A DNA stretch of 40,000 nt from Calothrix anomala FACHB-343 (GTDB lineage: Bacteria; Cyanobacteriota; Cyanobacteriia; Cyanobacteriales; Nostocaceae). A program made the position numbers and the translations under genes. The notes under the pieces were generated by a model, which was not told where the DNA came from, did no database searches, and worked only from the letters and a program-made list of their open reading frames with translations. The DNA lies in assembly GCF_014696435.1 (NCBI RefSeq), contig NZ_JACJQG010000002.1, positions 34,935-74,934 on the forward strand, in the 5' to 3' direction. This document shows positions 1-9,900 of this stretch, one piece after another; the stretch's first letter is position 1, and every line of letters begins with the position of its first letter.

Positions 1-3000
1 ATGAACAATATTTCCGCATCTAATCAAGAACAATCAGATTCATTACAACGGTTACTTAATGCCCTCAAACAAGCTCGTACTCAAATTGAAAATACGGAAC
101 GTCAAAAGACTGAACCGATAGCTATTATTGGTATGGGGTTTCGTTTTCCAGGTGGTGTTAAAGACCAAGAAACATTTTGGCAATTATTACATCATGGTGT
201 AGATGCTATTACAGAAATTCCCCAAAATCGCTGGGATGTTCACCACTACTATGATCCCAATCCTGATACTTCTGGGAAAATATACACCCGTTATGGTGGA
301 TTTTTGGAGCAGGTGGATCAGTTTGATCCCCAATTTTTTGGCATTGCTCCCCGTGAAGCAATGGATATGGACCCACAACACCGACTACTGTTAGAAATTA
401 CCTGGGAAGCTTTAGAAAACGCTGCCATAGCACCAGAACGGCTCAAAGGTACTCAAACAGGTTTATTTGTGGGCATGAGTTCAGATGATTATTCTCAACT
501 GAGTTTAAATTTTGATGATTTAAATAGTTTAGATGCTTATAGAGGTTTAGGTAATGCTCGCAGTATTGCTGTGGGTCGTTTGGCACATATCCTAGATTTA
601 CAAGGCTTGACGCTGCAATTAGATACATCTTGTTCATCTTCCCTCTTAGGTATTCATTTAGCCTGTCAAAGCTTGCGTTCCGGCGAGTGTAATCTGGCTT
701 TAGCAGGTGGTGTAAATTTAATGCTTTCTCCCATTAATACTATTTTAGGCTGTAAACTTCGGGCTTTATCAGTTGATGGACGTTGTAAAACTTTTGATGC
801 TGCGGCTGATGGTTATGCTAGAGGAGAAGGTGGTGGCATAGTCGTACTTAAACGATTATCTGATGCTATAGCTGATGGCGACAACATTCTAGCTTTAATT
901 CGCGGGTCTGCGGCTAATCATGATGGTAAAAGTAATGGATTAACTGCTCCTAATGGTGCTGCTCAAGAGGCTGTAATTAAGCAAGCTTTAGCTAATGCTA
1001 GGGTGAAACCAGAACAAATTCAATATGTAGAGGCACATGGGACGGGTACACCTTTGGGAGATCCGATAGAAGTTTTGGCATTAGGACAAGTTTTGTGTCA
1101 AAATCGCTCCAAACAAGAACCATTAATGATTGGTTCACTCAAAACTAACTTTGGTCACTTGGAAGCAGCTGCGGGTATAGCCAGTTTAATTAAAGTGGTT
1201 TTATGTTTGCAAAACAAACAAATTCCACCCCATTTACACTTTCAAAATCCTAATCCTTATATACCTTGGGATAAATTAGCGATCGCTATTCCTACTCAGT
1301 TAACTGCTTTATCAGCACAAGATAGCCCACATTTAGCGGGAGTTAGCTGTTTTGGCATGAGTGGCACAAATGTACATCTAATTGTCGAAGCAGCAAATCA
1401 AATTAAAATTGAAAATCATCAAGATTCACAACGGCATCTGTTGACACTCTCAGCTAAAACTCAAGCAGCTTTGCGAGATTTAGCCCAAAAGTATGAAAAT
1501 TTTTTAACTCAGCATCCCTCAGCCTCTATTGCCGATGTATGTTTTACCGCCAACACAGGGCGATCGCACTTTGACCACCGATTAGCAATTATCACCCAAT
1601 CACATCAGCATTTACAACAACAATTAAACTCATTCATTCAACAAACACCAGCAAAAGAAGTAATTAGCGGTCAACTGACGAGCAAAAAACGCCCAAAAAT
1701 TGCCTTTCTCTTCACCGGACAAGGTTCGCAATATGTGGGGATGGGCAAAGAACTATACCAAACTCAACCAGTTTTCCGCCAGTGCTTAGACCAATGCGCT
1801 CAAATTCTCAGTTCACAGCTAGATTATCCCTTATTGGAAATCTTGTATGCAGACACAACTGAAAATCCCCTGATTCATCAAACAGCCTATACCCAACCTG
1901 CCTTATTTGCCCTAGAATATGCCCTAGCTCAACTTTGGCAATCTTGGGGAGTGCAACCAGATATAGTCATAGGGCATAGTGTTGGTGAATACGTTGCTGC
2001 TTGTATAGCTGGCATTTTTAGCTTAGAAGACGGACTCAAACTGATTACACAACGGGGACGGTTAATGCAACAGTTACCAGGTGGGGAAATGGTAGCAGTT
2101 ATGGCATCAGCCGCACAAGTACAAGCAATTATTGACAACTACAAAAATGAAATAGCTATTGCTGCCTACAACACACCTAACAGCTTAGTAATTTCCGGTA
2201 CAACCGCAGCCATCAAAGATGTTTGTCAACAATTAACACAACAGGGAATCAAAACCAAACCTTTACAAGTATCCCACGCTTTTCACTCCCCTTTGATGCA
2301 GCCAATGTTGGCAGAGTTCGCCCAAGTAGCAGCAAAAATTACATACCATCAACCGCAAATTCCCTTAATTTCCAACCTCACAGGAAAACCAGCCACAGCA
2401 GAAATAGCAACTGGACAATACTGGGTAAATCATGTCACCCAACCAGTGAAATTTGCTGATATTGTCTACACATTACATCAACTGGGTTATAAAATTTGGT
2501 TAGAAATTGGCTCTCAGCCAGTATTGTTAGGAATGGCACGTCAACAGATTCCCGAAACAGAGCATTTAACCCTACCAAGTTTATATCCCAAACTGCCAGA
2601 CTCACTACAATTACTAACAAGCCTAGCCACATTATATACAAATGGTGTGCCAATTAATTGGCAGGAGTTTCACAAAGTTAACCCCAACTGTCGAAAAATT
2701 TTCTTACCTACCTATCCATTTCAAAGAGAACGCTACTGGATTAATAGTAATTCAGAAGTAAAAAATCAATCCAGCAATTACTTATCCTATCAAGGTAAAA
2801 AACGGCATCCAATTTTAGGTTATCGTTTGACTGATTTAGCCGTCCTACCCCATACTTACATTTGGGAAACACCAGTAGATGAGTTATACCTTTCTTGGTT
2901 AAAAGACCATCAAGTCTGGGATACCGTGATTATGCCCCATACAGGATATTTGCAAATAGCTTTTGAAGCTACTCAGGAAGCTTTTAATCAACCCTGGAAT

Positions 3001-3237
3001 AACATTAGTAATTTAAAACTGTACTATCCTCTATTCTTGTCCACACAAGAGGAACAAAAAATACAGGTGATTCTCTCGCCATTATCAGATAGTAAAATGT
3101 TGCTTCAGGTGTATAGCTGTCGGCTGAGTAAGTCTTCCTCTGCATCAGAGTGGACTTTATACGCAGATGCACAAGTTTCATCTTCAGCAACCCATCCAGA
3201 ACAAATAGAAGATTTACGGAGGTTAACAGAAGTATGA
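1..3237 (+). CDS. Type I modular PKS subunit: N-terminal docking helix - KS - AT (malonyl-type) - N-terminal half of a DH domain; no carrier domain
   Basis: 1078-aa ORF. KS motifs: DTSCSSS (Cys codon 631-633), EAHGTGT, KTNFGHLEAAAG. AT motifs: FTGQGSQ, GHSVGE (Ser codon 1978-1980), YTQPALF, and HAFH, which is the malonyl signature. After the YPFQRERYW linker comes the first DH hotdog half: HPILGYRL ... LKDHQVWDTVIMP (His codon 2908-2910). The protein stops there. Residues 1-37 (SLQRLLNALKQARTQIENTERQK) resemble a coiled-coil N-terminal docking element. Confidence 0.93.
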   Translation: MNNISASNQEQSDSLQRLLNALKQARTQIENTERQKTEPIAIIGMGFRFPGGVKDQETFWQLLHHGVDAITEIPQNRWDVHHYYDPNPDTSGKIYTRYGGFLEQVDQFDPQFFGIAPREAMDMDPQHRLLLEITWEALENAAIAPERLKGTQTGLFVGMSSDDYSQLSLNFDDLNSLDAYRGLGNARSIAVGRLAHILDLQGLTLQLDTSCSSSLLGIHLACQSLRSGECNLALAGGVNLMLSPINTILGCKLRALSVDGRCKTFDAAADGYARGEGGGIVVLKRLSDAIADGDNILALIRGSAANHDGKSNGLTAPNGAAQEAVIKQALANARVKPEQIQYVEAHGTGTPLGDPIEVLALGQVLCQNRSKQEPLMIGSLKTNFGHLEAAAGIASLIKVVLCLQNKQIPPHLHFQNPNPYIPWDKLAIAIPTQLTALSAQDSPHLAGVSCFGMSGTNVHLIVEAANQIKIENHQDSQRHLLTLSAKTQAALRDLAQKYENFLTQHPSASIADVCFTANTGRSHFDHRLAIITQSHQHLQQQLNSFIQQTPAKEVISGQLTSKKRPKIAFLFTGQGSQYVGMGKELYQTQPVFRQCLDQCAQILSSQLDYPLLEILYADTTENPLIHQTAYTQPALFALEYALAQLWQSWGVQPDIVIGHSVGEYVAACIAGIFSLEDGLKLITQRGRLMQQLPGGEMVAVMASAAQVQAIIDNYKNEIAIAAYNTPNSLVISGTTAAIKDVCQQLTQQGIKTKPLQVSHAFHSPLMQPMLAEFAQVAAKITYHQPQIPLISNLTGKPATAEIATGQYWVNHVTQPVKFADIVYTLHQLGYKIWLEIGSQPVLLGMARQQIPETEHLTLPSLYPKLPDSLQLLTSLATLYTNGVPINWQEFHKVNPNCRKIFLPTYPFQRERYWINSNSEVKNQSSNYLSYQGKKRHPILGYRLTDLAVLPHTYIWETPVDELYLSWLKDHQVWDTVIMPHTGYLQIAFEATQEAFNQPWNNISNLKLYYPLFLSTQEEQKIQVILSPLSDSKMLLQVYSCRLSKSSSASEWTLYADAQVSSSATHPEQIEDLRRLTEV
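2806..3234 (+). other. DH domain, N-terminal hotdog half (carries the catalytic His)
   Basis: HPILGYRL, LKDHQVWDTVIMPHTGYLQIAFEA (HxxxDxxxxP rather than HxxxGxxxxP), LKLYYPLFL, IQVILSP, SEWTLYADAQV. It ends at the ORF stop. Confidence 0.75.
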
Positions 3238-4266
3238 AATTTGGTTTGATGTTCTTTGCTAGTAGCGAAGATGCTTTAGTGGGTGATAAATATAGTCTGG
3301 TAATTGAAAGTGCTAGATTTGCCGATCAACATGGCTTTTCTAGTATTTGGACACCAGAACGACATTATACTCAATTTGGTAGCCTCTACCCTAATCCGGC
3401 GGTGTTAAATGCGGCACTAGCCAGGGAAACTCAACAAATTCGCTTGCAAGCAGGTAGTGTGGTGATGCCTTTGCATCATCCCCTAGAAATAGCCGAAGCA
3501 TGGGCTTTAGTAGATAATTTGTCAAATGGTAGGGTGGGAATATCCTTCGCATCTGGTTGGAATCCCAGTGATTTTGCTACTTGTCCCCAAAAATATAGCG
3601 ATCGCCAGCAAACCGTTTTTACCAATTTAGAAATACTACAAAAACTCTGGCAAGGGGAATCTCTGAAAATTACCGACGGTAAGGGACAACCAGCAGAAAT
3701 TCGTATTTATCCTACCCCCATACAGCCTCAACTTCCCATTTGGATCACCGCAGCAGGTAATCCTCAAACATACATCAAAGCCGGAGAAATCGGGGCAAAC
3801 TTATTAACACACCTACTGGATCAAGAAGTAGAAACTTTAGCAGAGAAAATATCTCTCTATCGTCAAGCTAGAGCTAGGCATGGTCATGATCCAGAAGCGG
3901 GTATAGTTTCACTGATGTTACATACCTTTGTCGGTCAAGACTTTAAACAAGTACGAGAACAAGCCAGAATCCCTTACTGTAATTATCTCAAAGCTAACAT
4001 TGGACTGCTCAAAGGACTAGCTCAAAGTCGGGGGCATAATGTTGATATTACTAAATTACCTGAGCGAGACTTAAACGAATTTGTTAACTTTTTATATGAC
4101 CGCTTTGCTACTTCTAGAGGCTTAATCGGTACTCCGGAAACTTGCCAAAATTTACTAAAACAACTAGACGGCATTGGAGTTGATGAAGTAGCTTGTTTAT
4201 TAGATTTTGGTTTAAGTAAAGAATTAATTATCCAACATTTACCAGACCTGAATCTACTGCGAGAAA
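3234..4266 (+). other. LLM domain 1 (natural-product luciferase-like monooxygenase, TIGR04020-like)
   Basis: About 344 aa, colinear with LLM2 and LLM3. Shared blocks: PERH, NP, GSVV.PLH, GRVGISFASGW.P.DF, KLW.GES, LHTF.G, VRE, IGTP..C, GVDE..CL.DFG. Confidence 0.85.
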
Positions 4267-6875
4267 ATTACAATCATCATACTCAAACTACGGGTATTCC
4301 CCAACGTTCAGCTTTTCCCACTACCCTGAAAAATAGTTCTCAAAAATCCCTTGTAGTTTCCACACCAACCCCCCAAGAATCATTAGAAACCATCCGGTCA
4401 CGCTGTCAAGACCAAAGAAACGCCCGCGAATTTTATCAATTATTACAAGAAAACGGTTTACAGCTACAGGAAACTTATCAAGGTATCCAAAATTTATGGT
4501 TAGGTGAAAGTGAAGCATTAGCCGAAGTAAAGTTATCTCATGCTGTTAACTTTGGTAATAGTTTTCAAGTCCGAGCAGCAGTATTAGATGCTTGTCACCA
4601 AGTATTAGGAGCTACATTATTAGGTAAAACTTTATCTGGGGGAACAACCACCGATACACAGACTAATACCCCGGAAATGTCCTTGTATTTACCTACAGGG
4701 ATCAAGAGTTTTCAAATTTATGAATCTTTAGGCACAGAAGTTTGGAGTCATGCGGTACTGCGACAACATCGAGTTAGTGAGGGTATAGCTGCTCATAATG
4801 AAATTGAGGGAGATATTTACATCTTCAATCACAACGGTAAATTGGTAGTTAAAGTCACTGGGTTGCAGATGCAAAGCACCAGTTCCAGTAAGTCTACCAG
4901 TCAGCAACAAAAAGGGGCAAATTGGTTGTATGAATTACAATGGCAACCCCAACCAGAAAAAGAAGCAGTATCAAGGACAACAGAGCCGGGTTTATGGTTA
5001 ATTTTTGGCGATCGCTCTGGTGTCAGTCAAAATCTAGTAGAGTTATTAGAAGCCCAAGGTGATACTTGTTGGCTAATCCAACATAGTGAAAACTCCCAAA
5101 ATCAAACCCCAAACCACACCCAAAATCAAATAGTCATTACACCTGGAAATCAAACCCAGATCCAAAAACTAATTAGTGACATCCTAGCCCCAGGAGTTCC
5201 CCCTTGTCGTGGGATTGTGCATCTGTGGAGTTTGGATGTTACCCCTACTCAAGAAACAACTTTAGCATCTCTACAACAGGATCAAAATCTCACTGTCACA
5301 AGTCTATTACACTTAACTCAAGCAATTATCAAAGCTGACAACAATTCCCCCTTGTGGGTTGTAACTCAAGATGTGCAAAAAGTCGGAGCAGAAACCACCC
5401 CCCGTTCTCCTTTTCAAGCTCCAATTTGGGGTTTAGGAAGAGTTATAGCCACAGAACATCCCAAACTGTGGGGAGGATTAGTAGATTTAGACGGAGAATC
5501 TACACCAGAAACATCCGCTAAACAATTACTGCAAATATTACAAGCAGATATTCAAGAAGATCAAATAGTTTTACGTCAAGGAAAACGCCATATTCTCCGC
5601 TTAGTGCGCAGTCAAAAAACACCAACTTCATCCCCAACCATCCAACCCGATGCTACATATTTGATTACCGGGGGATTTGGACATTTTGGACTACAAAGCG
5701 CCCAATGGTTAGCCCAAAAAGGAGCAAAACACCTAGTTTTAATCGGACGCAAAAACCCATCTAGTCAAGCACAGGAAATAATTAACACATTAGAAAAAAC
5801 AGGAGTTCAAGTTCTGGTTCTGCAAGGGGATGTAGCTGATCCAGTGGCTATGACAGAGGCGATCGCCACCATTAAATCCCACTGTCCACCCCTAAAAGGA
5901 ATTTTCCACATCGCAGGTTTCAGCCAACAAAGCCTATTATCAGATATCACCACCGACGATTTACAGGCCATGTTGCGTCCTAAAGTTTTTGGCACATGGA
6001 ACTTACACCAACTCACCCTAAAATTAAACCTGGACTTCTTCTTCAGTACCTCTTCCATGTCCCCAGTGTTTGGATCTCAAGGACTAGGACATTATGCAGC
6101 CGCTAACTACTTCCTAGATATTTTTGCTCACTATCGTCAGAGTATAGGTTTACCAGCCTTAACCGTCAATGTTGGTGCTTTAGCAGGTGGAGGAATGGCT
6201 TTAGCTTCACCAGAAGGCGAAAAATACACTACCCAAATTGGTTTAAATTTAACCTATCCGACTGAATTTTTGGACGTAGCTGGAGGCTTTTTCTCATCAG
6301 AGGGTGTGGCTAATATTGTCATTGCCGATATGGACTGGTCAATATTCAAACCCCTTTATGAAGGAAGCACGGGCAAGCTGCTATTAGCAGAAATAGAAGC
6401 CCATCCTCCCCACTCTACTGCAAAATCTGGCCAACGTGATATTTTCTGGCAACAATTAGAATCCTTACCAGAAAGTGAACGCTATAACCAAGTAGTAACT
6501 TATTTACAACAAGAGATAGCACAAATTTTGGGTTATTCTCCTAATCAGCCATTGTTTAATCCAGAGGTCGGCTTCTTTGATTTAGGGATGGATTCTTTAC
6601 TAGCTGTTTCTTTCAAGAATAAGCTGGAAAACAGTTTAGGTTCTTCTTTACCAACAGTATTGATTTTTGAGCGACCGAATGTTATTAGTTTGGCAGATTA
6701 CATTATTACCGAAGTCTTCAAATGGCAACTTTCAGCAGAGGATGATGACAACAAATCAAAATCACAAGAACTAAGTTTAGAAGCCGAACTTTCCCAAACC
6801 ATCGAACAATTATCTGAACAAACATTAGAAGATTTAATTAATCAAAAATTAGCAAGAGCTTTGGAGGACGACTAA
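3234..6875 (+). CDS. PKS subunit: LLM monooxygenase domain - C-terminal half of DH - KR - ACP - C-terminal docking helices
   Basis: ATG 3234-3236 overlaps the upstream stop (ATGA). The start MKFGLMFF aligns with the MQFSL starts of the other two LLM domains, so I prefer 3234 over the track start at 3150. LLM blocks: WTPERHY, AGSVVMPLHH, GRVGISFASGWNPSDF, LHTFVG, GVDEVACLLDFG. DH second half: FYQLLQENGLQLQETYQG, EALAEVKL, VLDACHQV. KR: YLITGGFGHFG, K in LRPKVFGTWNL, SS...YAAAN; there is no LDD motif. ACP: FFDLGMDSLL (Ser codon 6594-6596). The tail is acidic and helical. Confidence 0.9.
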   Translation: MKFGLMFFASSEDALVGDKYSLVIESARFADQHGFSSIWTPERHYTQFGSLYPNPAVLNAALARETQQIRLQAGSVVMPLHHPLEIAEAWALVDNLSNGRVGISFASGWNPSDFATCPQKYSDRQQTVFTNLEILQKLWQGESLKITDGKGQPAEIRIYPTPIQPQLPIWITAAGNPQTYIKAGEIGANLLTHLLDQEVETLAEKISLYRQARARHGHDPEAGIVSLMLHTFVGQDFKQVREQARIPYCNYLKANIGLLKGLAQSRGHNVDITKLPERDLNEFVNFLYDRFATSRGLIGTPETCQNLLKQLDGIGVDEVACLLDFGLSKELIIQHLPDLNLLRENYNHHTQTTGIPQRSAFPTTLKNSSQKSLVVSTPTPQESLETIRSRCQDQRNAREFYQLLQENGLQLQETYQGIQNLWLGESEALAEVKLSHAVNFGNSFQVRAAVLDACHQVLGATLLGKTLSGGTTTDTQTNTPEMSLYLPTGIKSFQIYESLGTEVWSHAVLRQHRVSEGIAAHNEIEGDIYIFNHNGKLVVKVTGLQMQSTSSSKSTSQQQKGANWLYELQWQPQPEKEAVSRTTEPGLWLIFGDRSGVSQNLVELLEAQGDTCWLIQHSENSQNQTPNHTQNQIVITPGNQTQIQKLISDILAPGVPPCRGIVHLWSLDVTPTQETTLASLQQDQNLTVTSLLHLTQAIIKADNNSPLWVVTQDVQKVGAETTPRSPFQAPIWGLGRVIATEHPKLWGGLVDLDGESTPETSAKQLLQILQADIQEDQIVLRQGKRHILRLVRSQKTPTSSPTIQPDATYLITGGFGHFGLQSAQWLAQKGAKHLVLIGRKNPSSQAQEIINTLEKTGVQVLVLQGDVADPVAMTEAIATIKSHCPPLKGIFHIAGFSQQSLLSDITTDDLQAMLRPKVFGTWNLHQLTLKLNLDFFFSTSSMSPVFGSQGLGHYAAANYFLDIFAHYRQSIGLPALTVNVGALAGGGMALASPEGEKYTTQIGLNLTYPTEFLDVAGGFFSSEGVANIVIADMDWSIFKPLYEGSTGKLLLAEIEAHPPHSTAKSGQRDIFWQQLESLPESERYNQVVTYLQQEIAQILGYSPNQPLFNPEVGFFDLGMDSLLAVSFKNKLENSLGSSLPTVLIFERPNVISLADYIITEVFKWQLSAEDDDNKSKSQELSLEAELSQTIEQLSEQTLEDLINQKLARALEDD
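4374..4877 (+). other. DH domain, C-terminal hotdog half (carries the catalytic Asp)
   Basis: FYQLLQENGLQLQETYQGIQNLW (a degenerate YGPxF region), EALAEVKL, AAVLDACHQVLG (Asp codon 4587-4589), LYLPTGIKSFQIY. The KR structural subdomain (WLYELQW...GLWLIFGD) follows directly. Confidence 0.72.
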
Positions 6876-6982
6876 TGAGTGGGGGGTCAAATAACGTGCA
6901 AAATCTGTCCTCTTTACAGCGTTCAGTTTTGCTGATTGAAAAATTGGAAGCGAAGATTAAGCGATTAGAGTCTGCTAAAACA
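6720..6982 (+). other. Matched docking pair across the gene junction: acidic helical C-terminal tail of the LLM-DH-KR-ACP protein, and the N-terminal coiled-coil of the hybrid synthase
   Basis: C-terminal tail: ELSLEAELSQTIEQLSEQTLEDLINQKLARALEDD. Next protein N-terminus: LSSLQRSVLLIEKLEAKIKRLESAKTEP, immediately before the KS. This resembles the cyanobacterial/myxobacterial class 2 PKS docking arrangement. Confidence 0.55.
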
Positions 6983-9900
6983 GAACCAATTGCCATTATT
7001 GGTATGTCCTGCCGTTTTCCGGGAGGTGCTGAGAATCCTCAAGAGTTTTGGAAAATTTTATACTCAGGTATTGATGCGGTAACAGAAGTTCCGGCAAATC
7101 GCTGGAACATAGCAGATTACTATGATGAAAATCCGCAGATTCCAGGTAAAATTTATACAAAATCCGGGGGATTTTTATCAGACGTAGATCAATTTGACCC
7201 CCATTTTTTTGGGATTTCTGCCAGAGAAGCCGTTAATATAGACCCCCAACACCGCTTACTATTAGAAGTAACTTGGGAAGCATTAGAAAATGCTGGATGT
7301 ATCCCCCAGCGTAACCAAGGCAGTCCGACAGGAGTTTTTGTCGGTATTACCCTAAATGACTATGGTTTGATCGCCAAACAAGCCAGATCCGATGTCAGTC
7401 AACAAGCTTACGGAGTCACAGGTTCACCTTCCTATGCAGCAGCAGGACGGATTTCCTATACTTTTGGCTTTACAGGTCCTTGTATGGCCATTGATACCGC
7501 TTGTTCATCTTCCTTAGTAGCCATTCATCAAGCTTGTCAAAGTCTCAGACAACAAGAATGTCAAATGGCGATCGCAGGAGGAGTAAATTTAATCTTACTT
7601 CCTGATAGTATGATCGCCACCGCCAAAGCTGGTATGCTATCCCCTGATGGTCGTTGTAAAACCTTTGATGCTACTGCTGATGGTATTGGACGCGGCGAAG
7701 GCTGCGGAATATTAGTTCTTAAACGTCTGTCAGATGCACAAGCTGATGGTGACAATATTTTAGCTGTAATTCGCGGTTCAGCAGTTAATCAGGACGGCCC
7801 TAGTAGTGGGTTGACAGTACCTAATGGTGCTTCTCAACAACAAGTCATGCGTCAAGCCTTGAAAATGGCGCAAATAGAACCTGCGGAAGTAACTTATGTA
7901 GAAGCTCATGGTACAGGAACACCTTTAGGAGATCCCATAGAACTGCGTTCATTAGCAAAAATCTATGGTTCTCATCGCTCTCAGGATAACCCCTTATTTG
8001 TCGGTTCGGCAAAAACTAATATTAGTCACGTAGAAACGGCGGCCGGGGTAGCAGGAGTAATTAAAGTTATTCTACAATTACAACATCAACAGATTGCCCC
8101 CCATTTACATTTAAAAAATCCCACAAATCACTTTAACTGGGAAGATTTTCCTTTAGTTGTTCCCACCCAAGTTACACCCTGGCTTGTACAGTCTGGTAGC
8201 CGCATCGGTGTGGTAAACTCATTTGGGGCTACAGGAACTAACGCTCATATTGTTTTAGCAGAAGCACCAGCACCATTAAAACCGGAAAATTCTGGTTCAT
8301 TAGAGCGATCGCTCCATTTATTAACTCTTTCTACGAAGACAGAACCAGCATTAAAAGATTTAGTCAACCTTTATCAAAATTGGGTTGAACAAAATACAGA
8401 TTTAAAAATAACAAATTTAAAAATAGCTGATATTTGCTATAGTGCTAACACAGGTCGCGCTCACTTTAAGCATCGTTTAGCTTTACTTGTGGCTGAACCT
8501 CAAGAATTAGCCGCAAAACTGCAAAATTTAACCATTAGTCTATCACCAGAGCAGAATACTCAAGAAAACTCTAGCATTACCGGAGTATTTCAGGGACAAC
8601 TTGCTATTAATAGTGGTGTTCCTAAAATTGCTTTTCTCTTTACCGGTCAAGGTTCTCAGTATATTGATATGGGACGGGAACTTTATCAAAGTCAACCCCT
8701 GTTCCGGCGGATTTTAGAGCAATGCGATCAAATTCTGCGTTCAGAGTTAGAAACACCCCTGTTAGAAATTCTTTACCCCCAAAATACAAATCAATCTCAA
8801 ACTTCCCTCATTGACCAAACAAATTATACTCAACCTGCCTTATTTGCCTTAGAATATGCCTTAGCTCAACTCTGGATTTCCTGGGGAATTAAACCTGCGG
8901 CAGTCATGGGGCATAGTTTGGGAGAATACGTAGCCGCTTGTATAGCCGGAGTCTTTAGTTTAGAAGATGGGTTAAAATTAATAGCTGCGCGTGGTCGTCT
9001 CATGCAATCATTACCCCAAAATGGGGCGATGTTGGCTGTATTTGCAGAGGAAACACGGGTAACAGAAATTATTGCTCCTTATCAAAATAAAGTAGCAATA
9101 TCTGCCTACAATGGAGCGCAAAATATTGTCATATCTGGGGAAAATCAGGCGATCGCAGCCATTAAAACCACCCTAGAAGCAGAAGCAATTGAAAGCCGCC
9201 CCCTGAACACCTCTCACGCCTTTCATTCACCCCTAGTAGACCCGATTTTAGAGCAGTTAGAACAAATTGCCAATCAAATAGAAATCCATCCTCCCCGCAT
9301 TCCCATTGTTTCCAACTTAACAGGAGAAACATTATCAATCAATCAACCCTTAAACGGAAAATACTGGCGAAAGCATAGCCGAGAAGCCGTAAAATTTACC
9401 GCAGGATTAGCAACATTAGTAGAAAAAGGCTATGAAACCTTTTTAGAAATTGGAGCAAAGCCCGTCTTGTCTAAAATGGGACACAGATGTAAGTTAGGTG
9501 ATAACCTGTTGTGGCTTGCTTCCTTAGTAGCAGGACAATCAAACTGGGCGACATTATTAAATAGTCTTGCTCAATTATATGTGCGTGGTGCAGAAGTGAA
9601 TTGGTCAGGATTTGATCGAGATTACCCACGCCAAAGATTGATTTTACCTAATTATCCTTTTCAACGTCAGCGTTACTGGTTAGAAATACCAAATGCAGAT
9701 ATGTCACCCCAAAAAGCCATTGCATCTGCACCCATGAACGGACAACTTCCAGAACCAGTTACACAACCAGTTAGAGAAACAATTGCAGAACCAACTCCAG
9801 AACCAAAACCCCAAACCTCTGCATCTTCCAAACAAGAACAAATTATCAAACTCTTACAATCTTTGATTGCTGAAGCACTGCAAACATCTCCAGACACAGT

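Noticed and set aside
3150-3233. The track start (MDFIRRCTSFIF...) extends the second PKS gene by 28 codons upstream.
   Set aside because: This stretch overlaps the well-supported DH-encoding frame of gene 1 and has no domain similarity. The MKFGLMFF start at 3234 aligns exactly with the starts of the other two LLM domains and forms an ATGA coupling overlap.
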